Both the position numbers and the translations under genes were made by a program. Shown here one piece after another: positions 25,101 through 36,650 of a DNA stretch of 64,000 nucleotides. Position 1 is the stretch's first letter; each line of letters opens with the position of its first letter. The DNA is from Podarcis erhardii. Its lineage: Eukaryota. Under the pieces are notes generated by a model. It was not told where the DNA came from. It saw only the letters and a list, made by a program, of their open reading frames with translations, and made no database searches. The DNA is taken from the NCBI GenBank assembly GCA_964252035.1, contig OZ176215.1; one strand, 5' to 3'.

Positions 25101-28100
25101 AGGATGCACCAAATCAAAGACACGGATTTATAAATTCCTCAGCATTTTTGCATGCCAGTATCTGCTGCTCAGACCTGCCAGCTGAGATTCTGAACTGAAA
25201 CCAGATTATTATGCAGCATATGCAGCACATACAGGGGAGCTTCTGAACATGCACAAGCAACATGCAGATCAGCCATGCAAGCCTTTTTGCAGTACATGCA
25301 ATTTAAAAAGGTGGGCCTCAGTAACCAAGACGTACGGCGTGCCAAGATTTCGGCAGGAGAATTTATGGCTCAAGAATTCCTTTCCCACCTTCAGCCCTCA
25401 CCCCCACATCCACTGCAAAGCTGCCATCTCAGGTACTGGCCAAATATATTTCTCTTTAATATATCCAGGTTTATACGACATCCAGAGAAGCCGCAGACTC
25501 CCTAGCTGAGAGATTAGTTGCAGAAAACTTTGCTTACGTTATTGAGGCAAGAGATGCTGTGGTGCAAGCTTGGGTGAAGAGCAAGAGCGGCTCAAGTGGC
25601 AAGCTTTGCAGTGCTCGAGGCTTTCGCCACCAGCTTTCAATTTGGAAATTGATTCAGATGCCAGGAAGGGTTGATACCAGGAGCTTCGTTTACACCTGGA
25701 GTTAATCCTGCTGTTATAGCCTATGGATAAGGATCAGGCAATAGCAAGGCAATGCAGATATCCATAGGGATCCCTGAAGTCAATCTTAGCACTTCCTGGC
25801 CGAGAACCAAAGCTTGGCACTTGAACATGTTTTTGCCGGAGGCACCCAGAGGCATCACAACAGCAGAAGGGGGAAGACTTACTGCTCTCTCTAAGCTTCT
25901 CCTTGTTGGCTGAGAGACTTGAGAGGAGGGGTTTTAAGTCCACTTTGGCTTTCTGCAGCATCTCTAAGATGTCCACTTTGTTTTCAGAATGGTCTTCCAA
26001 AGGAATGGGAGCAAAGTAGTTTCCAGAGTTCTGACCAGGGGACAGAATGCCTTGCTCTAGACCTGAAACAGTAAAAACCAGGACGACTGCCTTGTAAGTC
26101 TTTTCTGCTAAACGGCTCTCAGGAGAACAGAGCAAAGAGGTTTATACTCTTGAGAGGAGACAGTATTCCACAAACAGACACACTCCTACCCAAGGAGTTT
26201 AGGGTTCTGCTCCAGAAGCTGAAGAATCAGAATGAAGGAAATGCCACGGGCAACGGGTTAGAGTTCATGGTCCTGCAACTTTCTAGAAGAAATACAAATG
26301 GCCATAGAAAGGACAAGACAGTATTACCTGCCAGTCTCTCCAACTCTTCATGGGGTGTAGATCGAAGGCTGCTCGAACGGCTTCCGGAACGGCTGGGATT
26401 GGAAAACCAGCGGCTGAACCTGCTGGCCGACACAGCACCTTCCCCCAGCACATCTTCTATCATCTATATAATAAAGAGAAAAGGGGTAGATATTGCAGGC
26501 AATCATAACCAAGAACAGATGTCTGATCCCTGCATAATCCCTTTGACTGTAGCAGGCCTGCTGTTTCCAGAATTCTTCCAGAACCAACCACACAAAGCCA
26601 GTTCTCTGAAGGTTAGTCCCCAAACCACTTCTGTTGGCAGTTGGCACTTTGCCCTGATGGCAGAAGTGTGTCCTGGAGTCCATTAAGGGGCCTCAATTTA
26701 CTAATCCTAAAGGTTTAGATCAATGGTGAGGGCCCTTTAGCCTTCCAGATGTTGTTGAACTATAATTCCCATCGGTCCCAGCAAGCACAGCCAGTTGTCA
26801 GGGATGATGATGATGGAAGTTGTAGTTCAGCAACATCTGGAGGGCCAAAGGTTCTAGAACCTTAGGATAGTCAACTATACTTCATGCTGTTCAGCCTCCA
26901 CCAGCAGCAATCTTACTTGTTTTCTCGGAACCAAGATCCTATTGTGTCCAAAGGGACTTAGGATTCCAACCCAGGAGGTGCTACTTGTATTGCAAAAGGC
27001 AGCTTCCAAAAAGAGGCACTTTTGCCTCCAAAGACCAAGACTCTGTTGCAAATGTACCATGTCATTCTTGCATATGCAAAACATTACATAAAAAGGGCTC
27101 CATTACTATATAGTCGTACCTTGGATCCCAAACACCTTGTGAGTGGAACGTTTTGGCTTCTGAACACCGCAAACCTGGAAGTGAGTATTCCAGTTTGCAA
27201 ACATTCTTTGGAACCTGAACGTCTGACGCACCTTCCGATTGGCTGCAGGAGCTTCCTGCAGCCATTCAGAAGCCGCACCTTAGTTTCCAAATGTTTTGGA
27301 AGTCAAATGGAATTTTGGAACGGATTCCGTTCAACTTCCGAGGTACCACTGTATTTGTACTTTTATTTATTTGATAAAACTTATACGCTACTTGTTTACA
27401 AAAACCCAACATTATTGATTAAACATTCAATAAATTAAAATCAGCAACTAAAAACACATCAGCATTTTATATATCTGCATAGGCTTTTCTAAACAAAAAT
27501 GTTTTCAGTAGGTGCTGAAAACAAAGTGAAGGCACATGCCCGATTTCAATAGGCAAGGCGTTCCAAAGTGTATATGCTGCCACACACAAAAATTGAGTTC
27601 TTACAAATGTGGACCAGGTATTATGTGGCACCTGAAGAAGTGCCAGTTGCTATCCTATATTTTACTAGAGTATCAAATGCTATTTTGACTGTGGACAAAA
27701 TGGGACCTGCTATGATGACCTCTTATTGGCTTTACTGAAGGAAGAGTGGAACAGGAGTAGCACAGAGTTCAGGATGAATTCCTCCCGCCTGCCCTGTGGA
27801 ACTTGGAAGCTTGCTAGGTATCCACAGTTAAGTATTAACTAAATCATTTTTTATGCTATGTCAAGTTAACACCGTCACCCAACTTCAGACATGACAACTC
27901 AAGGGTCTTTCTGCTCCTCACCGCACAGTACCACTATCAACCAGCACCACTGCTTCTGATTGGCAAACACATCCTAGGTTGAGCTTTGATAAGCTACTTT
28001 TGAAGGTGTTTCCTCTTTACTCTTATGAGGGGCAGGGGTAAGTCACTAGCCTATTTAATTTTTTTGCAGGCCATTCTTGAGAGGGAGAACCTACATGCAT

Positions 28101-31100
28101 AGAAGTGAAGCCTGCGTTCTGCAAGCCTAGGCATGATCCTGGCTGCTGCTGCAGTGCTCCCACCCTTAAATCCAAGGCAATCAATTCCTTCATCCACCCA
28201 ATGTTCCCTATGAAGCCCGAGTTCCTCTTGCAAAATAACGCCTTTGTTGTGAGGCAAGTCAAAGCCTGAGAGATTGCATTTGGGTGTCAGGCATTCTATT
28301 TTGAAGGTTAACTAGTCTTATTAGTTTATATTAAGGATTTTATGTATATGAAACTATTCAGCTTTGAGTAGTCCAGATATACCTAACCCATTTTGGGGGA
28401 TAAGGAGTCATGGATTCAAACTAATAATCTGGAGCAGGCATAGGTAAACTCCAGCCCTCCAAATGTTTTGGAACTACAATTCCCATCACCCCTAGCTAAC
28501 AGGACCAGTGGTCAGGGATGATTGGAATTGTAGTCTCAAAACATCTGGAGGGCCGGAGTTTGCCTGTGCCTGATCTGGAGTATCCAAATACATAAAATTT
28601 TAGGCCTTGTTTTTGGGAAGGGCCCTCAATATTTTGATTAAAAGTGAATTCAAGAAAGTTCAAGCATCATACCTACAAATATATATATATATATGTGGGT
28701 AGCCTCAAAATCTTTCCTTGGATAGTTTTCTCCTGAGGCAACTGTGTATGGACACATCCAGCAGATTTCAACCCCAACATACCTACCTTGGAATAAGACA
28801 ATTTAAATAAAGCTTCCTGTTTTTAAAACTAAAAATATCTGATGAACAAACAGGCATATTCACTTGCTGGTTTGGGAGAAAGTCTCACCCACTCAATCAA
28901 GTCAGAAGTTCTTGTAGTTGTGCAAACCTCAAAGTTGTCCCCAGTACTTCCTGTTTAAACTAGAAGCCTCATGGCTCCCACCACCCAAGTTCCCCATCTA
29001 AAATTATACCAGAGTTTTCCATAATGCAGCTCATAACCCATACCACTACTAAACATATTCAAACACTGTTGCTTACAGTAGCCAGAGGAATTTTAGAAGA
29101 CATAACTAAGTTCAGAAGGTCATTGACCTCATTTATTTGACTTGTTTCTTTAGCTTTTTCTCAGTTCCTATCACAAGGAGTAGTATTTAAAATATTTTAT
29201 ACCCCACCTTTCCATAAAAAGCCTATACAGTGGCACCTTGGTTTAAGAACAGCTTAGTTGGATTAAGAACGCTGCAAACCCGAAAGCAGGTGTTTTGGTT
29301 TGTGAACTTTGCCGTGGAAGCAGAACATGTTTCACTTCCTGTTGAGTGTGTTCCATTTGTAAATTGAGTCACCCGCCGCTATGGGAAAGCATGCCTTGGT
29401 TTAAGAACGTTTTGGTTTAAGAATGGACTTCTGGAACGGATTAAGTTCGTAAACCAAGGTACCACTGTATTCCAGATGATCTAACTCAGCATAGCTTACC
29501 GTCTGCAAATTTTCACAGAAGGGTGAAGTACAAGAAATGAAGCCATATCATCACTACTTCCAAACATGCAAGTAAACCCACCCATGGCAGAGGGCTGCCT
29601 TGAAATATTCAAGTATTTCTACTTCACTTGACAAAGTTTTTCAAAGCCTTCTACAGAGCAACAAGACATGGGAAAAGCCACCACCAGAAACAGGGTGCAT
29701 TAGTTCAAGATGGTAACCATCATGGCAGAGTTGGGTGTTTTTTTAAAAAAAATACTCACCGAAGCCAAGCCAGGAACACTCTTATCTAGGTTGAAGAACT
29801 CATTGAAATCGAACTCTCCTGGAGCTGGTTCCGGCAGGACTATTTCCCTTGGGACTTCTTGATCAGCTACTGTCTCCTGGCCAAGAACAGACTGCACTTC
29901 TACCTCTTCTGCTAACCCGCCATTGCATTCTATTCCTTGGGAGGGATAAAGCCAAAATCAGCGCACACAAAATAATTTCGAGAGGCAACAGGAGCCACTC
30001 TTTGACACCCAGGGACACAGCTGCCTGTTTCAATTGTTATACAGGTCTACAAGTTCATAGAATGCTTCCCTAAGTTACATTTAAATATGCATTACTCTCA
30101 AGTTTCATCAGAGTTGCTCCAGAGAACGTTCAAAACAGATACCAGAAAGGTGCCAATTGTATCCACTGTTAAGTTTTCAGGTGGCTAAAGAACTGTATTT
30201 CAGTGCTGCTAAAATGACGTTTTTACAGTCTGCAAAAATGCATGAAGCCTTAAGGCCTACCAACACCCAGTTCCATTAGAATGCAGCCAGGCAAGAGGCA
30301 GATGGGGCCAATTTAGCTATCTGTTCCTAAAATCTCCCAAGCAAAATTTTGCTACTTACCTAGAATGCGTTAACACTACAGCTGCAATCTTAACTATGCT
30401 AAGTATGTCCCACTGAATTCAATGGAGCTCACTCCCAGCAAAGTAGTTAGGATTGCATTCCAACATCTTATCCTGATTCCAAATTAAGAGTGCATGAGAT
30501 ACTGTCCTTCAGGAAGGCTGCAAAAGGACCTCAGATTAAGGCCTTCAATCCCCAGTATGACAGCTACGTACCACATGCATCACCTGCTAGGATCACACTA
30601 GTTACCTTTCTCATTATCACCCAGCCTTGCTTAACTAATTTTTTTCCTCCCACATCTTGGTCTAGACAGGCACCTGAGGTTTACACTCATTTAAGCAAAT
30701 AATATTCTAAAATGAAAACCTCTTATGGCTAGCTTTACAGCACAGCAGAGACACAGAAATGCCCTCTATACCAAGTCACACACACCTAGGCCCTATAACC
30801 CCACTCTAAAGAGCTCAAGTAAAGATGCATCTCATACCTGCACCTACAAGCCAGAAGACTGATCATGAAGCAGAGAAAGTTCAGTTAACGGCCAATGACA
30901 GAAATGGATAGAAGCAGACACTTCAATGCACAAAATGCCCCCCCCCCCTTTCTGGGCCATAGAGTTTTTCTCCAGTTATCCAATACTCAAAGTTTCTGTG
31001 TTAATACCTTCCTTCAGAGAAGTTGGGCGCCGTCTTGTTCGCTTCCGCCCTTTATGTTCTTCCTCTAGTATTTTATCATCAAAGCCAGTAAGTTCGATGG

Positions 31101-34100
31101 TTTCCGACTGACTTGTGGGGCCAGCAGAGAACCATTCCGGCTCCTCCTCAGTATAGGAGTCATTCCTTCGGCGTTCTCCAAATACACGCTTGCTGTCCCC
31201 ATATTCTCTCTAAAGTTTACGGGGAGAGAGGTGGAAAACATTCAATATGTGGTCTCTAGCCAATCATAATAATCATCCCTTTAGTGGGATCCAGCTTTTA
31301 AATTTTTTGTGTTGAATCCAACCAAGTCCTACTCAGCACCAACCTACTGAAATTAATGGGTCTAACTTTGCCATGTCTGTTAATTTCAAAGTTTACCACC
31401 CAATGGGCCCAAGAAGAACCAATACCGGATACAGCCCTCTGCTTCTAAAGCAACATTCCTCTCCATCCCTCTTTGCTGCCAAATAGCCTTCCAATTCAAC
31501 ACAATCCACAGGTTACAGGTGTTTCTGCCATTATCAGACCTACAGCAAAGGCATTTATACTTTACTGTATAACAGGAAAGTGCTGTGTTGTTTTCTGAAC
31601 TTGCTCTGGAATGCCCTGCTGCGGCTTATACAAGTGGTCAAGAAAGTCTATCAAATACATGAAGCAGGCACAGGTACACCTTCCTGTGTGGTTTTAAGGA
31701 CTAACCCTGAAACGCTTGTCTTTGTACTCCCTGTCGCGGTCTCTGTCCCTTGCGTCTCTTGAGTCCCGTGAGTCCTTCTCACCACCTCGGTGGTCTTTAT
31801 CAAAGTTTCGGGCAGAGATTATTCTCCCACTGCCAATCCTACGGCCACCAATGACACGGACACAGTCATTTTCTTTCTCCAGTGGGCTTCCTGCTCTTCG
31901 TGAGCCTACAGCTGCAGTCACGTGGCAGCCCCCTCCAAAGCTTCGCCGCTGTGGACTCAGCACCACATCCAAGTCATCTTCTTTTACCCGTTCTCTGGGA
32001 TCTACAGGTTGAAGAGATTTTAGTTACATGTCAGGAATGTGTTTATGTGTTAAAGAAAGTAGGTGCTACAAGCTATATTCACAAGCATGGCAAAATCATT
32101 TTACATATTTGCTGTGATTGCAAGGAGTTGAACTAGAGGACCCAGCCCTACAATTCTATGTTATATGCAGTTTAATTCATTACTCAAATCTGTCCTAAAA
32201 CAGTCCTCACTACAATTTTAAGTAACTCTATTGCATGCTCCTTCCTTATTTTATCCTGCTTTCTAAAGCACATACTGAGCTCCATGAAATAGTCAAAGCC
32301 ACACAGGAATCTCTATATTTCAGTTTTGTGATTTATGTGCTTTTGTGAAGTGCTCACCCACTATCCTTCTCATGAGTGAACTCCGATCTGAATCCGAGTC
32401 CTTCTTAAGTCCTTCCACTGGTGAAGTCCTTCCAGAATTTGGATATAGTGACGCATGCCATTTTTCAGGATCCCAAACTCCATCACTGTAACGTTGCAAA
32501 AGATGCACATCACTCATGTTTGACCCCCTATATATTTAACATTTCTGCAACCAATGAAAGTCATAAGTTGACTAATGATTAATAGAAATACCTGTCATAT
32601 TTTTCTGAAAGACATGATGGCCTCCGTTTAGAATGGGGACGCTCTTTAATGTCCAAGAGCTCTTCCTGGAGAAAGGGGAGGGAAAAAATGATGGTATTCT
32701 CAAATTTCCACATGACAATTTATTGTACACCAGATTTCATGCAACATAGCAAGAAGGCTTGTCTGGTATCTGTTTTTACTCAAAAGGAGTATTTAGAAAA
32801 CAGCTGAAGGAGTGTCTGTTTGGCACAGGAGTCAGCAAACTTTTTCAGCAGGGGGCTGGCCCACTGTCCCTCAGACCTTGTGAGGGGCTGGACTATAATA
32901 TGAAATTCCTATGCCCCACAAATAACCCAGAGATGCATTTTAAATAAAAGCACACATTCTACTCATGTAAAAACACCAGGCAGGCCCCACAAATAACCCA
33001 GAGATGCATTTTAAATAAAAGGGCACATTCTACTCATGTAAAAACCGTCCGCGGGCCAGAATGAGAAGGCAATTGGGCCGCATCCAGCCCCTGGGCCTTA
33101 GTTTGCCTACCCATGGTTTGGGAGGATTATACCTTCTGCTGGAGTTTAAAGGATTTAGAAGCTGAAAGAATGTAAGATTCCCCATAAATAAGAATCTCAA
33201 ATGCTTTCTGAAAGAAGTCCTTGTACATGGGAGATTGTTCCATGCAAGAGACATCAGTAATGTGCTGTCTGGTGGCAGTTACTGCAAACTGACAACTGTC
33301 CTGCTGAGATTACTTTCAGGAAATCACACAATGGTCCATTTACTATATGTAGCAGCTATACATCTTTGAAGTACATTTCTACTGAAAGCTTTCAATGTTA
33401 TTTTATACTGTTCGTTTTTATAATGTGGTCCTGCCTAGAAGCACAGGCCTTCTCCTGGAATACTTGGCATAGCAAAAGTGCAAAACTAAATAGAATTTAC
33501 ATACATATCCTGCTTCTCACTATGTAGGTGAATGCAGGCATCTCTCCACTGATATGCATGCCAAAAGGAGGTGGGGCAGAATAAGGAATTCCCCATTTGC
33601 ATGTGTTCCAGTGATGAACGCAGCGGACCGGACCGGAACCCTCACATAAGTGGTGAATCCCCTATATATGAATTTTAAAACTAAACCTCCAACATTTAAA
33701 ACCTCAAGAATCTCAAAAGAGACTAAAACATCTGAGAAATATTCAGGGGTCAAAGGCCTCCAGCAATAAGCATTTTGACCAGGTGACTTGAAATTAGATC
33801 TTAAACCCTAATTACATCTACAACCTATGTTCTGAAACAAAATAGAATTTCAGATTAATATTGTTCATTTGGTAAAATAAATTTGCTATCAGTCACTTCA
33901 GTGGCAAAAATTAGAAGGGTGGTGTTGCAAATCTTTATGTTTAGGTAAACTAGTTTAATATAAAATTATTGTATCATACACCAGCTTGTTTAGTGTCTAG
34001 AAGGCTGGTAAGTACACCTATCCCTTAAACGAGTTCCTGTTAGCTTTCCTACAAAAAGAAAGGTTTAGGAATTAAATCCAAAGAAGAAAAATCTCACTGA

Positions 34101-34316
34101 CAGTTCTATATTTGTATGCTCATTTACAGGAAAATTACAAGTTTTTGCAGACTGATGGCAACTATTAAGAGCTTGATTCTACTACCATTTCAGAAGCAAT
34201 TTGATACTTATACAAGAAGCATAAAAGCTTACTTTTGTGTAGCGATGAGGGAATTTCATTGCACCAATCAATGTATCGCCGTTCACAACTTCTGTCATTC
34301 CCCCCCTTTTATCCAT
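14104..34316 (-). CDS. EIF4ENIF1: eIF4E nuclear import factor 1 / 4E-transporter (4E-T), 18 coding exons, 985 aa
   Basis: Exons in transcript order: 34316-34233, 32665-32592, 32485-32358, 32001-31706, 31209-31008, 29935-29760, 26463-26328, 26062-25883, 23476-23250, 22203-22132, 21442-21250, 20895-20816, 19942-19803, 19055-18953, 18625-18496, 17224-16880, 16363-16199, 14330-14104 (2958 nt), all GT-AG and phase-consistent. Contains the eIF4E-binding motif YTK|EELL, GVWDPEKWH, the CUP-homology EEPEWFSAGPTSQSETIELTGFD, SRFSRWF, and the C-terminus GLAKWFGSDVLQQPLPSMPSKVISVDELEYRQ*. Confidence 0.96.
16594..16740 (-). mobile_element. Short SINE with tRNA-Lys(CTT)-derived head and CR1-derived 3' tail
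   Basis: Minus strand gctgggatagctcagtgggtagagcatgagacccttaatcttgcggtcatgggttcgagccccacc resembles tRNA-Lys-CTT but has a broken acceptor stem. It is followed directly by ttcctgtattgcagggagttggact...ttctatgatt, a CR1 tail. Confidence 0.75.
17428..17741 (-). mobile_element. CR1-like LINE 3' fragment
   Basis: Reverse complement of the family seen at 39166-39733 (ctggatcaggcc...agcatcctgttc...ttccatagtttaacta). Confidence 0.7.
17794..17931. mobile_element. Palindromic hAT-type MITE (138 bp)
   Basis: TIRs caggcatccccaaactc / gagtttgggggtgcctg, internal hairpin actacaactcccatc...gatggaaattgtagt, and 8-bp TSD ttatagcc/gtatagcc. Degenerate relatives lie at about 145-242, 308-436, 1698-1822, 2188-2287, 8090-8175, 26734-26852, 35447-35520, 38228-38335, 45350-45480, 47926-48066, 51150-51245, 52592-52688, 54160-54298, 59923-60082 and 62495-62628. 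Confidence 0.85.
22076..22122. repeat. (ATT)n microsatellite, about 15 units
   Basis: Direct reading; begins about 10 nt into the intron after the EIF4ENIF1 donor at 22131. Confidence 0.95.
22771..23130 (+). mobile_element. Full-length Sauria SINE
   Basis: GGGACACGGGTGGTGCTGTGG head, B box GGTTCGAATCC, Bov-B-like 3' region and (ACCTTT)n tail. 14-bp TSD tatgtctgctatac (22753-22766) / tatgtgtgctatac (23131-23144). Confidence 0.92.
27111..27351. mobile_element. Tc1/mariner MITE (second subfamily)
   Basis: TA-TAGTCGTACCTTGG...CCGAGGTACCACTG-TA termini. Confidence 0.75.
28435..28572. mobile_element. Palindromic hAT-type MITE (138 bp)
   Basis: TIRs caggcataggtaaactc / gagtttgcctgtgcctg and a perfect 8-bp TSD atctggag (28427-28434 and 28573-28580). 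Confidence 0.9.
29228..29467. mobile_element. Tc1/mariner MITE
   Basis: TA-CAGTGGCACCTTGGTTT...AAACCAAGGTACCACTG-TA. Confidence 0.85.
30383..30457. repeat. Old hairpin-forming dispersed repeat
   Basis: Inverted ends tgcaatcttaact / agttaggattgca (12/13) around a cccactgaattcaatgg core. Relatives at about 37139-37219, 37561-37650 and 37961-38046. Confidence 0.55.
32826..33115. mobile_element. hAT-type MITE with internal 71-bp-period duplication
   Basis: Termini caggagtcagcaaact...agtttgcctacccatg and 8-bp TSD gtttggca/gtttggga. The ccccacaaataacccagagatgc...gtaaaaac unit is present at 32914 and 32985. Confidence 0.85.
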
Positions 34317-34927
34317 AGTTGCTTGGAGGCCTTGAACATGCGCCTGTTGAACACACACAAAAAATGGAATGTACAAAACCATGCAACGTAGTTTCACTTC
34401 AAGCATTCCATATGCACTTATGACAACTTTTGCCATTCTGAGCACATTACATGCACCTAGACATTTGATGGTAGCCTGTAGTATGGATTTTTCAAAACTG
34501 TTTGCTGGCTTTACTCCTTCAAAGCAAAAGTCTCCAGGTCAAGAGTTACTCCTTTAAATAGTCTTTTTACATACATATTGTTGGCCAACAACTTATAATA
34601 ATAGGGCTTCTTTCAACAACCTATGAGTCTGAAGGAGATAAAGCAACATTGGCTGCCTCACTTTTCTGCTTTCGGAGAGTCAAGGATCAGAGTATTGACA
34701 TCCCAGGATACCATGATGCCTCCTTGAGAAAGTTTCCCTATCAAGACCGCTGCAGTTAATCATAGCTATGTTTATAAGAGAGACCCTATGTTCAAGGAGA
34801 CAGGCATCCTTATCACAGGTCAGAAGCACATGGGGAATGCCACATCAGTACTTCCAGATAGCTAGGGGTGGAGACAGACCATATTCGGCAAGAAGTCCTT
34901 CAAAGGGGGCACAACAAGCTCTTGTGG

Positions 34928-35075
34928 GAGGGGCCGTAGCTCCCATGTGCTGCACGCAGAAGGTCCCAGGTTCAATGCTCAACATCTCCAGTTCAAGAAG
35001 AAAAAAAAGGACTACAGGCATAGCAGGTAATGGACCCTCCTGCAGCCTGAGACCTTGGAGAGTTCTACTATTGAC
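34928..35075 (+). mobile_element. Degenerate tRNA-derived SINE (Squam2-like)
   Basis: gggagggccgtagctc...gcagaaggtcccaggttcaat head and gcctgagaccttggagag body. Related fragments at about 35226-35410 (minus) and 39778-39900 (plus). Confidence 0.55.
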
Positions 35076-35325
35076 TAGTAATGCCTTCCCCAGCATGGTG
35101 GCCTCCAGGTGCTAAATAGGATGCTGTCAAGCCTTAAACCTGGGAACTTCAGCATCTAAGCCATGGCCTTTCCCCTGAACATAAAGATTCTAGTCCTCAA
35201 AGTTCTGAATAAAGGAATGTCTTAAATAGGAAGCTGGCTTATACCAAGTCGGACTACTGGTTCAATATTACCTACAGTGACCAGTAACAATGGCTCTCTA
35301 GATTACAGGTAAGGGGCATTCCAGC

Positions 35326-35326
<1 letters not shown>

Positions 35327-35358
<32 letters not shown>
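35327..35358. repeat. (CAAT)8 microsatellite
   Basis: Direct reading. Confidence 0.95.
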
Positions 35359-35699
35359 TTCCCTCCACCCTAAGGCCTTCCTACTGGGAGGACTGAACCT
35401 GCATGGAACCTTCTGCATGGAAGAAAAGTCCTCCTCCACTTCCCTCAATACTGTTGGACTCCAACTCTCATCAACCCCCAAGCCAGGGATGCCAGGAGTT
35501 GTGGTCCAACAGGCTGGTTGGAAGAGGCAGAACAAGGAGCGACACAAGCCATTCCGACCAAACTGCAATGGAGGTTGCCAAGGTGCTCAACAGGTAGGAA
35601 TAACGTTTGGCAGGAGATGACGAATATGGTTATTAAACACACGCGCATATACACACGTACACTTAACCCGCCTCCAATCTTAACTCAGAACGTGGGAAG

Positions 35700-36650
35700 C
35701 CACAATCCTAGGCGGGGGTACCACGCCTCTCCTCACGCGGCGACCCCTTCCTTCCTTCCTTCCATCCCTCCCTTGGGGGCAGTATCACTTCCGACACCAT
35801 TCCGTCGCCCCCGCCCCCTCCCCACTTTCGTCCCTTGGATAACCCATGGCCGGCCGAGACAAGAAGCTGCAAGCCGTGGAAGTGGGGTGGTGGAGCAGAA
35901 GCGGGAAGCCCTCCGCTTCTCCTCTGCTCTCAGCCACGGTCTTCCTCGCTGACTGCCCAAGAGAAGGGGCGGGGGGCGGGTAGCAGCAGCGGCGGCCTAC
36001 CTGGCAGGGCTGTTGTTGAGGCCGGCCTGCAGTAGTAGTACGGAGACGCCCCGCCCAGGCAAAGGGGGGACGGTTTTCCGGGGAGGCCGCACACAAGAGC
36101 CGGCGGAAGCGGGAAGGGAGAATGTGGCTCCTCGGCCCCCGCCGCCCCGAGGAGAGGCGCCCCCTGCCCCACGCCCAGCAGGTGACTCAGCGGAACCCCC
36201 ACCGGGGGCCCAGGCCGCGGGCGGCTTCTCACCTCCCTCGCTGGCGCTCCCTTGCTGGGTGTCTGGCCTTCCCGCCCCCTCTCAGTCCGGCCAGGGACGA
36301 GGACGACGACGACGGGGGCGGCCGCCGCCGCCGCCGCTCCCTCAGACCCCGCCGCCGCCGCTTCTCCCGTCCTTCCTCCTCCTCCTCCTCTCTGTGCACA
36401 CGGCCCGTCCGCTCCTCAAGCTCAGCCCCGCCTCTCCCTCCTCTCCTCAGCCGCCGTAACCGGGGCCTTCGTTGCCCACCCCTCCCCCTTTAATAGCCAC
36501 GGCGCATGCGCCACACTCGCTCCTCGCCGAGCTCTCGCTTCCACCTTTCCTCCGGCTCGCGCACGCGCAGTGTAAGCCGGCGGGCAGGCCCGCAGAGAGC
36601 GTGCCGTTGGCGATTGCCTGCCCAAAACGGGTGAGTGGGGGGGGCGGGGA
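35700..36650 (-). promoter_or_regulatory. CpG-island promoter of EIF4ENIF1
   Basis: Very GC/CpG-rich. NRF1 palindrome GCGCATGCGC at 36502-36511, and TATA-like TATTAAA on the minus strand at 36490-36496. Confidence 0.8.
36233..36460 (-). other. EIF4ENIF1: Probable non-coding first exon of EIF4ENIF1
   Basis: Strong donor GAG|GTGAGA at 36232 inside the CpG island. It would splice to the acceptor before 34343, 27 nt upstream of the ATG. The 5' end is approximate. Confidence 0.6.

Noticed and set aside
25275-25709. Plus-strand protein-like frames (MQAFLQYMQFKKVGLSNQDVRRAK... and VYTTSREAADSLAERLVAENFAYV...) as a nested gene or pseudogene
   Set aside because: I recognise no family, the frames do not join through a plausible intron (a 36-nt gap), and the second is largely the antisense shadow of the candidate 183-nt exon.
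30350-30375. Sense-strand ttctag|gtaagt as a recursive splice site in EIF4ENIF1
   Set aside because: There is no polypyrimidine tract, the intron is only about 1 kb whereas vertebrate recursive sites occur in very long introns, and it abuts a repeat.
33611-33735. C box GTGATGA with a distant CTGA as a C/D snoRNA
   Set aside because: It is antisense to the host gene, has no convincing terminal stem or guide, and the spacing is poor. A similar pair at 43856-43897 is too short.
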